A stretch of DNA of 64,000 bases, taken from assembly GCF_009914755.1 (NCBI RefSeq), contig NC_060947.1; one strand, given 5' to 3'. The number at the start of each line of letters is the position of its first letter. The stretch's first letter is position 1. Source of the stretch: the human T2T-CHM13v2.0 reference genome, Homo sapiens. Under the pieces are notes generated by a model. That model worked only from the letters and a program-made list of their open reading frames with translations, ran no database searches and was not told where the DNA came from. Position numbers and translations under genes: made by a program. Shown here piece by piece: positions 14,488-28,452 of the stretch.

Positions 14488-14691
14488 CAGTGGCTCTCAA
14501 ACTTGGCTGCTTCAGAATCACCTAGAAGGCTTGTTAAAACATAGATTGCTGCACCCCACTCCCATCCGTGCCTTCCAATTTAAGTTTCTGATTCAGCAGG
14601 TGTGGAGTAGGGCCAAAGAATCTGCATTTCGAATGACTTCCCTGGTGAGACCCATGCTGTTGGTCCAGGGATCATACTTTGAAATCGACTG
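14488..14691. mobile_element. MER5A (hAT-Charlie)
   Basis: cagtggctctcaaactt...agaatcacct...gaatctgcatttc...; 8-bp TSD ccctagaa/ccctagag. Confidence 0.88.
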
Positions 14692-15637
14692 CCCTAGAGA
14701 TTTACTTGAAGTGGATGGGATCCAGGGAATGGGTAGTAGTGAGGGTGCAAACTTATCATGGCATTACCACAGATTTTGCTGCATCATCTTTAATTCTGTT
14801 TAAAGATACAAGAAAGGGAGTTTTTGCTCTGAATTGCTGTGAAGTGTCTCCATTTATTTCCCCTGGATTCAGGGCACTAACTAGAAAATTTACTTCCAAG
14901 AGCACAGACTTGCATTTAGTTTCACTCATACAACGGCATATGAGATGTGGCTTTCCAAAGATTTTAATATGAGCATCTGAGTCATGGCATTCGTTGGAAA
15001 AGGTTGAGCAAATAAAAATAAATGTAGGTCCAATTTGTCATTCCAGATTAATAAAACACCAGATAAAGTTTTTTAAAAAGCACTGACAGATGTAAGCAGA
15101 TTTCTTTTTTATTAAAGAGATATTTTTCCCATTCAAAAGGAAATTAGAACATGGATTTGCTCCCTTCTAAGAAAATGCTGTGTAATCTGATTAAAAATTA
15201 CATAGAATAAACAATTTATTTTCTATTGTAACTATATCCTGCTTTGCCTACAAAGACTGACTCATAAATTCTCTAATTAAATACAGTCAGATAAAAGTAC
15301 ACTTTCTTGTCAATCTATAATTAGAAAAAGTAACAATCCAAATTAGCTATCAGTTGCTCTTCTTTTTTAAGTGGTAAAGCATAAAAAAAGAAAAGAGAAA
15401 AAGTTTCACTTACTTATAGTAACCGATGTTTATTGAAATGCCTCATTTCCTTTTCTTGAAATCAATGTCACCATTGTAAAATATTTTCCTAAATACACAA
15501 ACGTCTTGGTGGTGCTCAAAATTCCCAAAAGATGCATTATCTATAAAGCACTTACAACGCACCACAAGTAGTTGTTTTCTAGCCTTGTACATATAACCTT
15601 GTTACCTAAAGTACTACATATTCTCTAGAGAAGATAA

Positions 15638-15887
15638 AGTTCAGCAGCGTGATCAGGGCTCACTGCAGCCCTGACTTCTGGGCTCAGGTGATTCTCCCAC
15701 CTCTGCCTCCTGAGTAGCTGGGATTACAGGCACATGCCATCACACCTGGCTAATTTTTCATATTTTTTATAGAGATAGGGTTTCTTCATGTTGCCCAGGT
15801 TGGTCTCGAACTCCTGGACTCAAGCGATCTTCCTGCCTTGGCCTTTCAAAATGCTGGGATTACAGGTGTGAGCCACCACACCTAGTC
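15638..15887 (-). mobile_element. AluJ lacking its 3' tail
   Basis: ctcactgcagcc...ctcctggactcaagcgatc...gagccaccacacctagtc. Confidence 0.92.
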
Positions 15888-16115
15888 TGTACCACATTTT
15901 CTTTATCCAATCTGTCATTGATGGGCATTTAGGTTGATTCCATGTCTTTGCTATTATGAATAGTGCTGCAATGAACATCTGAGTGCATACGTCTTTATGG
16001 TAGAATGATTTATATTCCTCTGAGTATATAACCAGTAATGGGATTGCTGGGTCGAATGGTAGTTCTGCTTCTAGCTCTTTAAGGTATTGCCCTACTGCTT
16101 TCCGCAATGGTTGAA
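15888..16115 (-). mobile_element. L1PA/PB ORF2 C-terminal fragment
   Basis: ORF track gives LPFDPAIPLL...[32 protein letters not shown], the L1 ORF2p C-terminus. Confidence 0.92.
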
Positions 16116-16962
16116 ATTCAATTTTTTAAGTGGGCAAAAAGTTTAAAGAGACACTTCACAACAAACAATAGAGGTGGCCAATAAGCAAATGAAAAGATGC
16201 TCAACATCACTGTTACCATGAAAATGCAAACTAAAGCCACAATGAGATACCACTACATACCCACTACTATGGCTAAAAAAAATTCTGCCCACAAGAAGTG
16301 TTGAGAAAGAATGTGGAGCAATTGCAATTCTCATACACTGGTGGTGAGAAAGTAAAACTGTGCAACCACATAAGAAAAAAGTGTGGCAGTTTTCTGAAAA
16401 GTTAAAGCCATACTTACCAAAAGAGCAATTGGACTCTTGGACATTTATCACAAAGAAATGAAAACTTCTGTCCAAAACTGTACAAAGTTGTTCATACCAG
16501 CTTTATTCAAAAATAGCTAAAAAGTACAAATGTCCCAAGTATCTATGAACACATGAATGGATAATCCACCTGTGGTATATTTACATAATGGAATATTACT
16601 CAGTCCTAAAAAGGAATGGACTATTGATGCATAACAATGTTATGGACTTCAAAATGACTCTGCTAAGTGAAAGAAGACAGACAAAAATCTACATATGGTA
16701 TGCTTCCATTTATATAAAATTCTAGAAAATTCAGACTAATCTACTGTGACATAAAGCCAATACGTGGTTGCCTGGGGAAAAGGGTGGAGGGAGAGATGGA
16801 TAACAAGGGACACAAAAAAACTTTGGGGTGATCTAAATGTCCGTTACCTTGATTGTGGTGATAGTTTCACAGGTGTATACATGCCAAAGTTTATCATATT
16901 GCACACCTTAAGTATACGTAGTAAGTGTAGTTTATTATACTTCAATTATACCCCTACAAAGA
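16116..16962 (+). mobile_element. L1MC/MD-type 3' fragment
   Basis: gtgggcaaaaag...aaaagatgctcaacatcact...ttccatttatataaaattctagaaaa...ttgattgtggtgatagtttcacagg. Confidence 0.85.
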
Positions 16963-17158
16963 TTTTTAGTTGATTGTACACCACCAGATATTAAAACAAC
17001 AAGGAGACTTTTGAATCAATTTTCACAGCTAGAAGGAGGTCTTGCTCTTTTCTCTCTAGTGGAATAAAGTAAATGTAACACGAACAAAAAGGTAGTCAAA
17101 ATGTCATCTTGCTTATATCTAAGCCAAGAGGCCATGAAGACTAACTGATGCATGATTT

Positions 17159-17511
<353 letters not shown>

Positions 17512-17870
17512 TAGGGTGTACTTTTGTCCTAGACACATAAGAGTTGAACATCAAATTTAGGAGGGAAACTAAGGATGAAACTCATCACTGCTAAGCTTTC
17601 AGCAGCTAGGGAAACATTTATGGTTGAGGATCATGAGATTGAGTAGAGCTGGTCTGGCACATAGGACCACCTTAGACATCTACTAATGCTAACAAATTAA
17701 TAATTTTTTTTTAAATGCTATGAAGCACTGAAAAAAAAATAAATGACTCTACTTTCTGAATCTAGGGGTTGATCATCAGGTGTTCAGCCTAAAGAAGCCA
17801 TTTATCAAAACTTGAGAAGGAAAGTTATAGCTATCTGTATCAGTGTTTTTCTAGAAATGCCATTTCTGTG

Positions 17871-18140
17871 TTTTGTTTTGTTTGTTTGAGACAGGGTTTC
17901 ACTCTGTCACTCAGGCTGGAGTGCAGTGGCACGATCTTGGCTCACTGCAGCCTCGACCTCCCAGGTTCAGGTGATCCTCCTCCCACCTCAGCCTCTTGAG
18001 TAGCTGGGACTACAGGCATGCACCACCACACACAGATAATTTTAAAATTATTTGTAGAGAAGAGCTCCCCCCAGTGTTGCCCAGGCTGGTCTTGAACTCC
18101 TGGACTCAAGCATTACAAGTATTAGCCACCATACCCGGCC
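17871..18140 (-). mobile_element. AluJ with an internal left-arm deletion
   Basis: TSD atttctgtgttt at 17862-17873 and 18142-18153; sequence jumps from ctcaagc to attaca. Confidence 0.92.
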
Positions 18141-20449
18141 AATTTCTGTGTTTCTGATAAGCTCAAGACTATTTTTTCTAAAATTCTACCTCCCCATGCT
18201 TCCTCTAAAAAGTGAGCTTTAAGGCATTATGCTCCAAATAAGTAATTGGAAGTCAAGAAGTGTGATTAATTTTAACCATGACCTGAGAAATTTGGGATAT
18301 AACTTTTAAAGAGTATAGCCCATTTCCAAAATAAAGGAGAGGGGGGAGGGGATAGAATTATTAGTTTAATTACTGTGACTCATAACAACCCTTATAGATT
18401 ACATGCAGAAGCAAGTGTTATTAATTATCCATTTGGTTTTTGGATAAGTCACTTAACATTTTGGGGGCTAGTTTTCTCATTTGTAAGATGTATGGATCCA
18501 ACTAGAAATAAATCTCTACGTAACTGCCTTGTTCTAAAATTCTATAATTATAACCCGAACCTGTTATCCAACATATGTAATGGTCAATGTGTTCAAATGG
18601 GAAAAGAGTTAGTAGTTTCATGAATCAAGGAGCCATTTATACTTCTTTGTGAAGGATATAGTACATATTAGTTAAATAAGATCTTGTGCCATAATTATAA
18701 TTCCTGCTATATTAAAGTATTGATACAGCCTATGTACCTACTATGAATTGCAAGATTATTGATAGAGAAACAGAGAATCTACAACTTAAAATGTAAAAAG
18801 CAACTGAGTAAATTGTTACTCATCAAATATAAAAGTATCCATTTACAACATGGCTATTGGAAACATAATGAATAAAATTCACACAATTAAAAATATTACT
18901 GACCCACTAATAATTCATTACTGGCTCCAGGGAAAAATGCAATGGATTATTACAATCTTAAGCAAGAAATACAGAGACAAAGAAGTAAGTAACACCAGAT
19001 AAGAGGCAAATAATTTTCACTACTGGGTACCATTTTCTATTTCTCAGTTTGAGGGCTTTAAAAAGAAAACGGTATCAAATTGTCAACCAAATCAGTTCAA
19101 GTAAATTTACTTAAACACAGCTTCACTGAACACCCACTCAATTTAAAGTAAAGAAATCAAAACAAAATAGTCTCCTCTGATTTCTCTTAGTCTTAGAAAA
19201 TTAGTTCAATTTAATTTCCTCCTTTCTTCATGAAAATGTTTTATCAAATGTACAGTGCTATACTAGGCAGTGAGCAGAGTGAGTTAACAGGACCTTGTCA
19301 TGTCCTTTGGGAAGTTCCACACAGAGCCTTTTTAAGCCCCTAATGATAACAAGGTAATAAAGGCACATTGTCTAAACCTGACTTTTATTTTTCTGCTGAG
19401 GGCTCATCAGCTTTTTCTGGGGCACAGGAGTGAGAGATGGAATGCTCCCATGTGCAAGACTGGAGCCTGTGGTTATAAGATGACTTAAATAAAATAACTA
19501 AGCTTCCTGGAGCCTAATCTCCCCTTGACAGTTCCAAATGCACCCATTATCTCGGCACTCAGGACCTACTAATTATGCCTTATTTAATTTTCAAGATTTC
19601 TCCATCTGTCAGTATACGGAAAAGCATGGCAACAAATCTGGGCAGAGTTAAAAGCCTGAAGTAGAAACATTCATGCTTTGTGACCAATATTAGCTAACTG
19701 GAGACATCCCAGAATGCAGTTAAAAGGCTATGTTAATATCAAAAAAAGGATGCTCTCAGGAGTACAATGAATTAAAAATCTGTAAAAATGGCTCAAATCA
19801 GAGGACACAGAATTGTATCAGGACTCAAAAGGAAAGAAGACGAGGTAGAAACCTGGAAGAAATCAAAACAACTCCAATCATATTTAGAGAGAGATTAAAA
19901 TATCCTTCAGCAATCTAAGAAGAGGAAGAAAATTTGATGTGGGAATAAGCAAATGCTAACTATTTCCTTAAACTAATTTTCACCTTAGTGAACGGCTCCA
20001 TTTAGACTGTATTCACATAAGATGGGAGCACTTGTTTTGAAGCTAACTCAGCAGTTACCACTACAATGACAAAAATTGGATGCTTGCTCTACAATATTTG
20101 TAATAAGAGTCTGGAAAAAGAATCAGGGACTAGAAAAGATGGTGGGAGGTCCTGGACTTCAACAGAAATTTAGATCAATGAGAACCTGTGCATGTTCCCT
20201 TTATTTCAACATTTTGAATGAGACAGAGACTTCCTGGCCTAAATGAGAAATTTTCAGGGCTACTGAACACTGAAAATGCATGGTGCTCAATGGCCCTAAA
20301 AATTTCTCATTTCTTACATGTGCTGGCCCAATTTTCTGGCTGGTCATAACTCGTTGGAACCTGAATCCTTGTTGCCCATTGTGGTCTTCCAGGTATACTT
20401 GTGTATTTCCATTATGTTCACTAAGTATGTGCAGCTTTTTGGTCAATGG

Positions 20450-20479
20450 GTGCGTGTGTGTGTGCGTGTGTGTGTGTGT
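20450..20479. repeat. (TG)n microsatellite
   Basis: Directly visible, with two CG interruptions. Confidence 0.95.
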
Positions 20480-21436
20480 CTGAAATTTTAAACTACATCA
20501 ATCTGCTGCACAATTCTATCTAGAGAAGTGAGATCAATGAGCTAGAGTTAAATAACCATTAAAAACACTTGTGAGTGCTTCAAATACATACTCATAGAGG
20601 CAAGCAATATTATTTCTGTAACATTCTATACTTCTCTGTAAGCATTTACTTTGTGATGAATGAGTAAAGATGCCAAGATAGAATGGTACAACAGAGTCAG
20701 CGTCCATCATCAACTACAGAATAAATTACATTCTAAGGTGGTATTGCCATCCCCTCAGAACTTAGACTACTTCTAGGCAAAGAGTGACCCTAAACACCAA
20801 AGTTTAAAAATTAGTAGTTAACATGGAACCACTCTTGAAAGGGTTAACAACTTGAACCCAATTCTGACACATTTGAGGTGGTTTAGCTTAACATAAAACA
20901 ATGCCTACCAATGCAAATTGAAAAATTGTTATTTTGGTAAATTAGCTGTCTGTTTCAAATAACAGATGTTCCACAAATTTGGCAAGAGGAGAAAGACAGC
21001 AGCCCACTGGCTGTGAATTCAGGAAAATACAATTTATAATATTAGACTAATGGAGAACAAGTACTCAGTATCATCTTCTGACTGAAATAGTCACACAAAG
21101 GAAGCTTTCTACACTATACTTTTTGGCATAATGAACTGGGAAATAATTGCCTGTTAAAATTCTTCAGAAATGTACTCTAGGGTGTAGAACTGGGGAAATT
21201 TTACTGAAACTAGTCACAAAGCCTTGGTAAAAGACCATCTTTAAGCTGGCTTGAATAGAAACTTCTTTTGTCATTCTCATCAACCAGTTTCATGCCATAT
21301 CCCAGATAGAATTTATCATCTCAGTAAGTTTGTAGAATGCCCTGGAGTGGGTATGTAGCTCTTCTGACAGCCTGTTTTCAGGAACTCAGAGAATGTTACT
21401 AAAAAAAATAAGTCAGGGATAGAAAAAAGAAATTCT

Positions 21437-21730
21437 GGCTGGATGTGGGTGGCTCTTGACTATAATCCCACCACTTTGGGAAGCCAAGGTGGGAGGATTG
21501 CTTGAGCCAGGAGTTTGAAACCAGGCTGAGCAACAAAGTGAGACTCTGTCTCAATTAAAAAAAAAATTAGCCAGGTGTGGTGGCATGTGCTTGTAGTCCC
21601 AGCTACTTGAGAGACTGGGAGGATCACTTGAGCCCCTGAGTTTGAGGCTGCACCACTGTTACTCAAGCCTAGGTGACAGTGTGAGACCTCATCATAAATA
21701 AATAAATAAATGAATGAATGAATGAATAAA
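21437..21730 (+). mobile_element. AluJ with (TAAA)n(TGAA)n tail
   Basis: ggaggattgcttgagcc..., two arms, tetranucleotide tail. Confidence 0.92.
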
Positions 21731-21830
21731 TTTTCTAAGTTGGGAAAGATTGAGAAAATAACTTTTTGGACACTCATCAGGAACTTGCAAATTTGAATTC
21801 CATTCAGAGGAAAACATTAAATTCTGGAGA

Positions 21831-22385
21831 AGACTTCCACTTGCAAACAAGATGGAGTGACAGCAACCAAATTTATTCTCCTGCCTTAAATGACAACAAC
21901 GAAAGCCACACAAAATGTATGAAACAACAGTTTTCAGGCATTGGACAACAGATAATGAAGGACAACAATCCCTGAGATATGAGAAACAAATTAGGTAAAC
22001 CCTGTAAGAGTTTCCAGGCCTCAGGACAAGGAGGGGGATCACAGGTAGAGCCTGGTAGTCTCTTTGAGTTGAGAAGACTAAGCTGGTAGTGCGGGAAGGC
22101 CAAGATAGCTAGAGTTTGCAGTACGGAGTACCAGAGAGGAGAGAACTGCACAGAAAAAGAATTCCATAGATCTTCAGAGGGTCCCCCCTGCATATTCACC
22201 TGCACTCTGGACAGCACATGCGTGCAAGAAAACCATCTGAGAATGGAGAAAGAGCCATCAGAAAGGAATAAAAGAAACAACTTCTGAATCTGAAACAGGG
22301 CTGGAAATAGTCACTGTTTCCAACATCCACAGTGGAAAACCTCATAATTCATGGGCATTGAATAGAATACTCAAAACAGATTTTG
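21831..22385 (+). mobile_element. Old L1M 5' region
   Basis: gacttccactt...caagatggagtgacag...aaacaacagttttcagg resembles L1MC/MD 5' ends. Confidence 0.55.
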
Positions 22386-22395
22386 AATTCATAGA

Positions 22396-22777
22396 TAGAT
22401 GTTCCTCGACTTACAATGGGGTAACATTCTGATAAACCCATTGTAACCTGAAAATATTGTAAGTCAAAAATGCCTTTAATACACCTAATCCACTGAACAT
22501 CATAACTTAGTCTAGCCTACCTTAAATGTGCTCAGAACACTTACATTAGCTTACAGATGAGCAAAAGCATCTAACACAGAGGCTATCTTTATAATAAAGT
22601 GCTGACTATCTCATGTAATTTATAGAATGCTATACCAAAAATGAAAAACAGAATGGTTGTATGGGTACTCAAAGTATTTTTTCTGCTGAATGTGTATTGC
22701 TTTTAAACCATCATAAAGTAAAAAAAAATTAAGTTGAATCATTATAAGTTGAACCATTGTAAGTTGGGGACTGTCTG
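22396..22777 (+). mobile_element. MER47A (TcMar-Tigger)
   Basis: agatgttcctcgacttac...gtaagttggggactgtctg|ta termini; interior matches recalled consensus. Confidence 0.88.
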
Positions 22778-22909
22778 TATATATTTGCGTATAAAGCTTT
22801 GTTCTAGTGTGTGCTTAAATTACTTGGCAACATTTTTATCCTTTTGGGTCTTGCTATTAAGCTTTGTTAGGTGGGTGCAGAGCAATGTTGGCCCTAGATA
22901 TCTTCATGT

Positions 22910-23490
22910 CTTATAAAGTTATATGTACACTTACCATATGATCTAACTATTCCAACCCTCAATATTTACCAAAGATAAATAAAATCACATGTCCTTACAA
23001 AGATTTGTACACAAATGCTCATAGAAGCTTTATTTGTAAGAGCCAAAGCTGGAAATAAAGAACATCAATAGGCAAATGAATGCAAACTCTGGTACATCCA
23101 TACAATGGAATACTACTGAGACATAAAAAGGAATGATCTATTAATATAAATAATATAACGACATAAACAAATATCAAGATAATTATGCTGAGTTAAAGAG
23201 GCCAAATAAAAAGTCTACATACTGTGTGCTTCCAGGTATGTAAGTATCCAGAAAATGCAAACTAATATATAGTGAGGGAAAGCAGATCAGTAGTTGCCTG
23301 GACTGGGGTGTGTGGGGAGTGGAGGATATAGGCATTATAAAGCAGTGAAAGGAAACTTTTAGGGGTGGTAGGTAGGTTCACTGTGATGATTGTGGTGATG
23401 TTTTCATGGATATATACATATGTAAAATTTACCAACTCGTATACTCTATATATAGTTTATTGTATGTCAATTTTACCTCAATAAAGATGT
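22910..23490 (+). mobile_element. L1MC/MD-type 3' fragment
   Basis: tggtacatccatacaatggaatactact...tccagaaaatgcaaactaat...ttacctcaataaag. Confidence 0.8.
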
Positions 23491-24473
23491 TTCTAGAAAA
23501 TACAGGGGGAAGACAAGAATGTACTCTGCTTGCCTAATTTAAATGGCCAAGAAGAACACTGGGAACAATGAAACAAAGCAGCAAGGCTGATAAAACAGAA
23601 AAACCAATCTGTGTTCACACACTGTCATCAATGAGGGAAATGGACAGATCAATTTCTCTCAACTTGTCTGCCATTTTACTTTTACTCCAGGGGAATCCGA
23701 AGGGCTTAAATTCTGGATACCAAAATCCTGAATGGCTAGATTGGTACAGACTAATGCAAACATGACCAACAAATGAGGTTTATTCCTAATCTGGCAGGAA
23801 AGATTCATGGGCCAATCTGGGCTCAATGATAAAGTACCATGACAGATTAGGTAGACTCAATGATATCGGTGACACATTTGCCATTTCCACCTTAACAGTC
23901 TAGTTGCCTTTGTTTTGTCCCATAGCTACAAATTTCTCTCATAATCCTGGCTATTCATTCTGGTTGAATGCATGTCATTTATTTCCAAGAACTAGATGAG
24001 AGGATATGGTTAACTCAGCGCAAATGAAGCCCTATTATTTAAAAAACCCTCAGAATCTACTTCTCAACAATAAGAGGTTGATAATGTACCCTTTGTTTAC
24101 CATTAATTTCTACAAAGACTCTTTAGTGGCATAGCATATATAGTCAATGGCAGAATGGGTTATTATATGCAAACACTAACATAGTAGTCATATACTCTTA
24201 TAATCAGGGTCAGTCAACCTCATTCTGAAGTATAGTAGATCTGAACCAACACAATTATTTTTGAGAGTGGTATTTACATTACAGTCCTATCATTACAAAC
24301 TTTTATTTAGAAAGAAAGGCCATTCTCTATTAGCTGTGGAAGTTGGAAAACTAACTTATCTCAGTTATCAGAAAATTCACTTGCAACTGACTAAGCACAA
24401 GATTTTTAATTTAACCACTTCTAGGTAGTTCTGATTTCAAAGCACGCATTCCCTAGTCCTGGGGCAGAAATGA

Positions 24474-25162
24474 ATGGAGGTCAAGCTAGCAAAAAGCATG
24501 CAGTTTTACATATCAAAAAAAGAAGAAAGTAAATCCAAACATGAATTTAGCATCTTCTTTTTTAAATTTTATTTTACTTTAAGTTCATGTGCCAAATGTG
24601 CAGGTTTGTTACATAGGTATACATGTGCCATGGTGGTTTGCTGCACCTATCAACCCGTCACCTAGGTTTTAAGCCCTGCATGCATTAGGTATTTGCCCTA
24701 ATGCTCTCCCTCCTCTAGCCCCCTACCTCCTGACAGGCCCCAGTGTATGACGTTCCCCTCCCTGTGTCCATGTGTTCTCATTGTTCAACTCCCACTTATG
24801 AGTGAGAACACACAGTGTTTGGTTTTCTGTTCCTGTGTTAGTTTGCCAAGGATGATGGTTTCCAGCCTCATCCATGTCCCTGCAAAGGACATGAACTCAT
24901 CCTTTTTTATGGCTACATAGTATTCCATGATATATATGTACCACATTTTCGTTATCCAGTGCCCATCACTGATGGGCATTTGGGTTGGTTCCAAGTCTTT
25001 CCTATTGTACATAGTGTTGCAATAAACATACGTGTGCATGTTCTCAGAACTTAAAGTAAATTTTTTTAAAAAAGAAGATGCTAAATTAATGTTTGGATTT
25101 ACTTTCTTCTTCCTCTTTTTTAATATGTAAAACTGCATGTTCCTTGGTAGCTTGACCTCCAT
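24474..25162. repeat. About 115-bp inverted repeat (24474-24586 and 25047-25162) around the L1
   Basis: The reverse complement of the right arm aligns with the left arm: 6 substitutions, one 5-nt indel and a diverged tail. It also shows as two opposite ORFs both starting MEVKL. Confidence 0.95.
24559..25041 (-). mobile_element. L1PA(7/8-like) 5'-truncated 3' end
   Basis: gtgcaggtttgttacataggtatacatgtgccatggtggtttgctgcacc...; TSD catgaatttagcat(c/t)ttct at 24540-24558 and 25160-25178. Confidence 0.93.
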
Positions 25163-25164
25163 GA

Positions 25165-25650
<486 letters not shown>

Positions 25651-27263
25651 GAACCATTTTAACACCATCCTAATGACCTCATGCAGCATATTATAAGCAG
25701 CACATTCAAATTCACAGCTTAGTCCTCATTTGTGCAATGTGAATGTGGCGGATGCTAGAACTTCCTGCTTCTTGTCTCCCAGGTTTCATTCAGTTCACTG
25801 CTGTCTCCATCTGGATTTCCACAGCCAGCCGCCAAAATACTTTGAGGGATATAGCAGCCAGGAGACAATGGGCACTTCTTTTGTCACTGACAATATAAAA
25901 ATAGACCCTTAAACTATGCATATATCATTAATAGCTTATTGTTCTATATGAGTTTAATGCATTTTTGTACCTCCTTTTGAAGTATTATTCCACTCTGTAC
26001 TAATTCTTATGGATTCACTTTACCCGCAACTTGTCACTTTGACTCATTGAAAACAACAATGATATTTTAGAGCATATTCTGTGCTTCCAGACAACACAAA
26101 CAACATCTGTGTCTGCAGGCGGACAAATAAAAGAAAACATTGGCCTCTCTTGTGTTTAGCTCCCTAGCACAGAGCAGCTGCCTTGAGGAGAGTTTTGAAA
26201 TTATTTAACAACATTAACAAAGATGAGAGGAATAATATTCACTGAGAAATGTGTGTTGGGGTATTACTTCAGCATGTTATCACCCAACTAGAGGAAGCAA
26301 TCAGATCAAATTTTGGGGGCAGTTCCTGTTTACAAGGTAGTATTATCATCTCATGCTAAATAGACTAAGCCTATATCTGTGATCTACATTCAGAGTTTTA
26401 CACGTATCACAGTACACAGAGAAAGGCTTTGAGTTGAAAATATTCTACAGTTTATGGTAAAATGTTTAGGAACATTTTTCTTTATTTGAAATTTATCAAG
26501 GAGGTATGAAATTAGATAAAGGCATGCTTCTCTTTACCTCCACACTATCATTTAGTGCTAACACTGCAGGCAATTCTTGCAAAATGCATTTTCCAAAACC
26601 TCTCAAAGCTAGAAAGCAAATGCAAACAGCAACAATGACATTAGTGCTTTTGAACTGGAAACTTATATTATCCAAATCCTTATTATCATTGCCCCAAACA
26701 CTTAATCTGAACAATCAAATTAATGTTTCAGGCATTTAAAAAACAATGGACAATCTATATACATGAATGCATGTTCCTTTTACACATTTTGGAAGGATGT
26801 GCAGGTAAAACAATCTATGAGGATTGCCCAAGGACATTAATGATATACAGGATAGATGTAATATGAGTCTACATGATGCCTGGAACAGTTGACTCCATTT
26901 GGTCCCCAAATCATCACCTTGGGGGGAAAAAGCACAAAGAGCCAAATAGTGATTTGATAGTATATTGACAAAACACATGCTTGGCTAAATGTTCACTTTT
27001 GACATAGTTACTTGGCTTTGTCACTGGTTCCAAGGTTTCTCCTAGGCACAATTTAAGGTAGATCTGTTCCTTTTGTCCATCCACTGTCTGTCACCCTCTC
27101 CCTCCCCATATTCAGCATCAATTACTTTGGCCGTTTTCACTTCCTTTTCCAGAATTCTAGCTCCATTTGTTTTTTCCCCCTTTCTTGTTCAAATGTTCTC
27201 ATTTCTTGGCCAGTTGCCTAACAGCACAGCAGTATGTTAGCGAATCTGAAAAAGTTAAGCTAG

Positions 27264-27610
<347 letters not shown>

Positions 27611-27654
27611 TATAATTTTTAATAGAGCACTTCAACCCTTAGTTTTCATGCCCT

Positions 27655-28160
27655 CAGTCCATATGTTATTCAATAAGCACTCACGGAGCACCTATGGTGT
27701 GACAGACACTGTGGTAGGATCCAGGCAGATTAGAGAGAAGGAAAAAGATACGTCCTCTTCCCTCGAAGGGCTGACAATCTATTGCAGACATGGAAATGAT
27801 GATAGGACAAGGAGGTAAGTAAGTGCCGTGATAGATCTATACATAAAGGGCTGTGGAGTCTAAGCAAAGTGAGGGACTCACTCTGCCTGAAAGACTGAGA
27901 CAGGCTCCAGAGAAGTGATACTTTGAGTTTCATCTTAAAGGATGAATGCACTTCTGGTAGGTTAAAAAGTGGATAAGAGCATTTCTAGCACAGAGAAGTG
28001 TGTGTTCAAGGGCAAAGACAAGTGTAAGGGAATAATGAAATTAAAGAACAGCAAACAATTTTCTGCATCTGTACTATAAGTGTAGGGGTAGAAGAACCAG
28101 TAAAGTGGGATGGAGCCAGTTTGTAAAGGGCCTTATATACCATACTAAGGAATTGGGCCT
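27655..28160 (-). mobile_element. L2 3' fragment
   Basis: attcaataagcac...gagcacctatggtgtgacagacactgtg...tttgagtttcatcttaaaggatgaa. Confidence 0.75.
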
Positions 28161-28324
28161 TGTTTGCCTTAGATTATATCTCATGCTGCTTACTATTCCT
28201 GTGTGCTAGGGCTCCAGAATCATTAATCTGAACACAAATAACCGAGTTTACAATTTTTTTGCATACATCTACAAAGCAGCCTGGAAATTCGCTAGCTGTG
28301 AGTTTTAATCCAGAATGTAAGAAA

Positions 28325-28452
28325 ATTCATTTAACTAGAAAATATTTATTAACCACCTAACGTAGCAAGCATTGTTCCAGGTATCAGAGATAAAGCAATG
28401 AACAAAACAGGCAAAAATCCCTGCCGTCATGGAACTCATATTCTAGCGGAAA
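28325..28452 (-). mobile_element. L2a 3' end
   Basis: aatatttatt...gcaatgaacaaaacaggcaaaaatccctgccgtcatggaactcatattctag. Confidence 0.8.

Noticed and set aside
21873-22280. Longest ORF (135 aa)
   Set aside because: Antisense translation of an old L1 5' region with a non-ATG start.
24474-25162. Two ORFs beginning MEVKL as paralogous genes
   Set aside because: An artefact of the inverted duplication running into L1 sequence.
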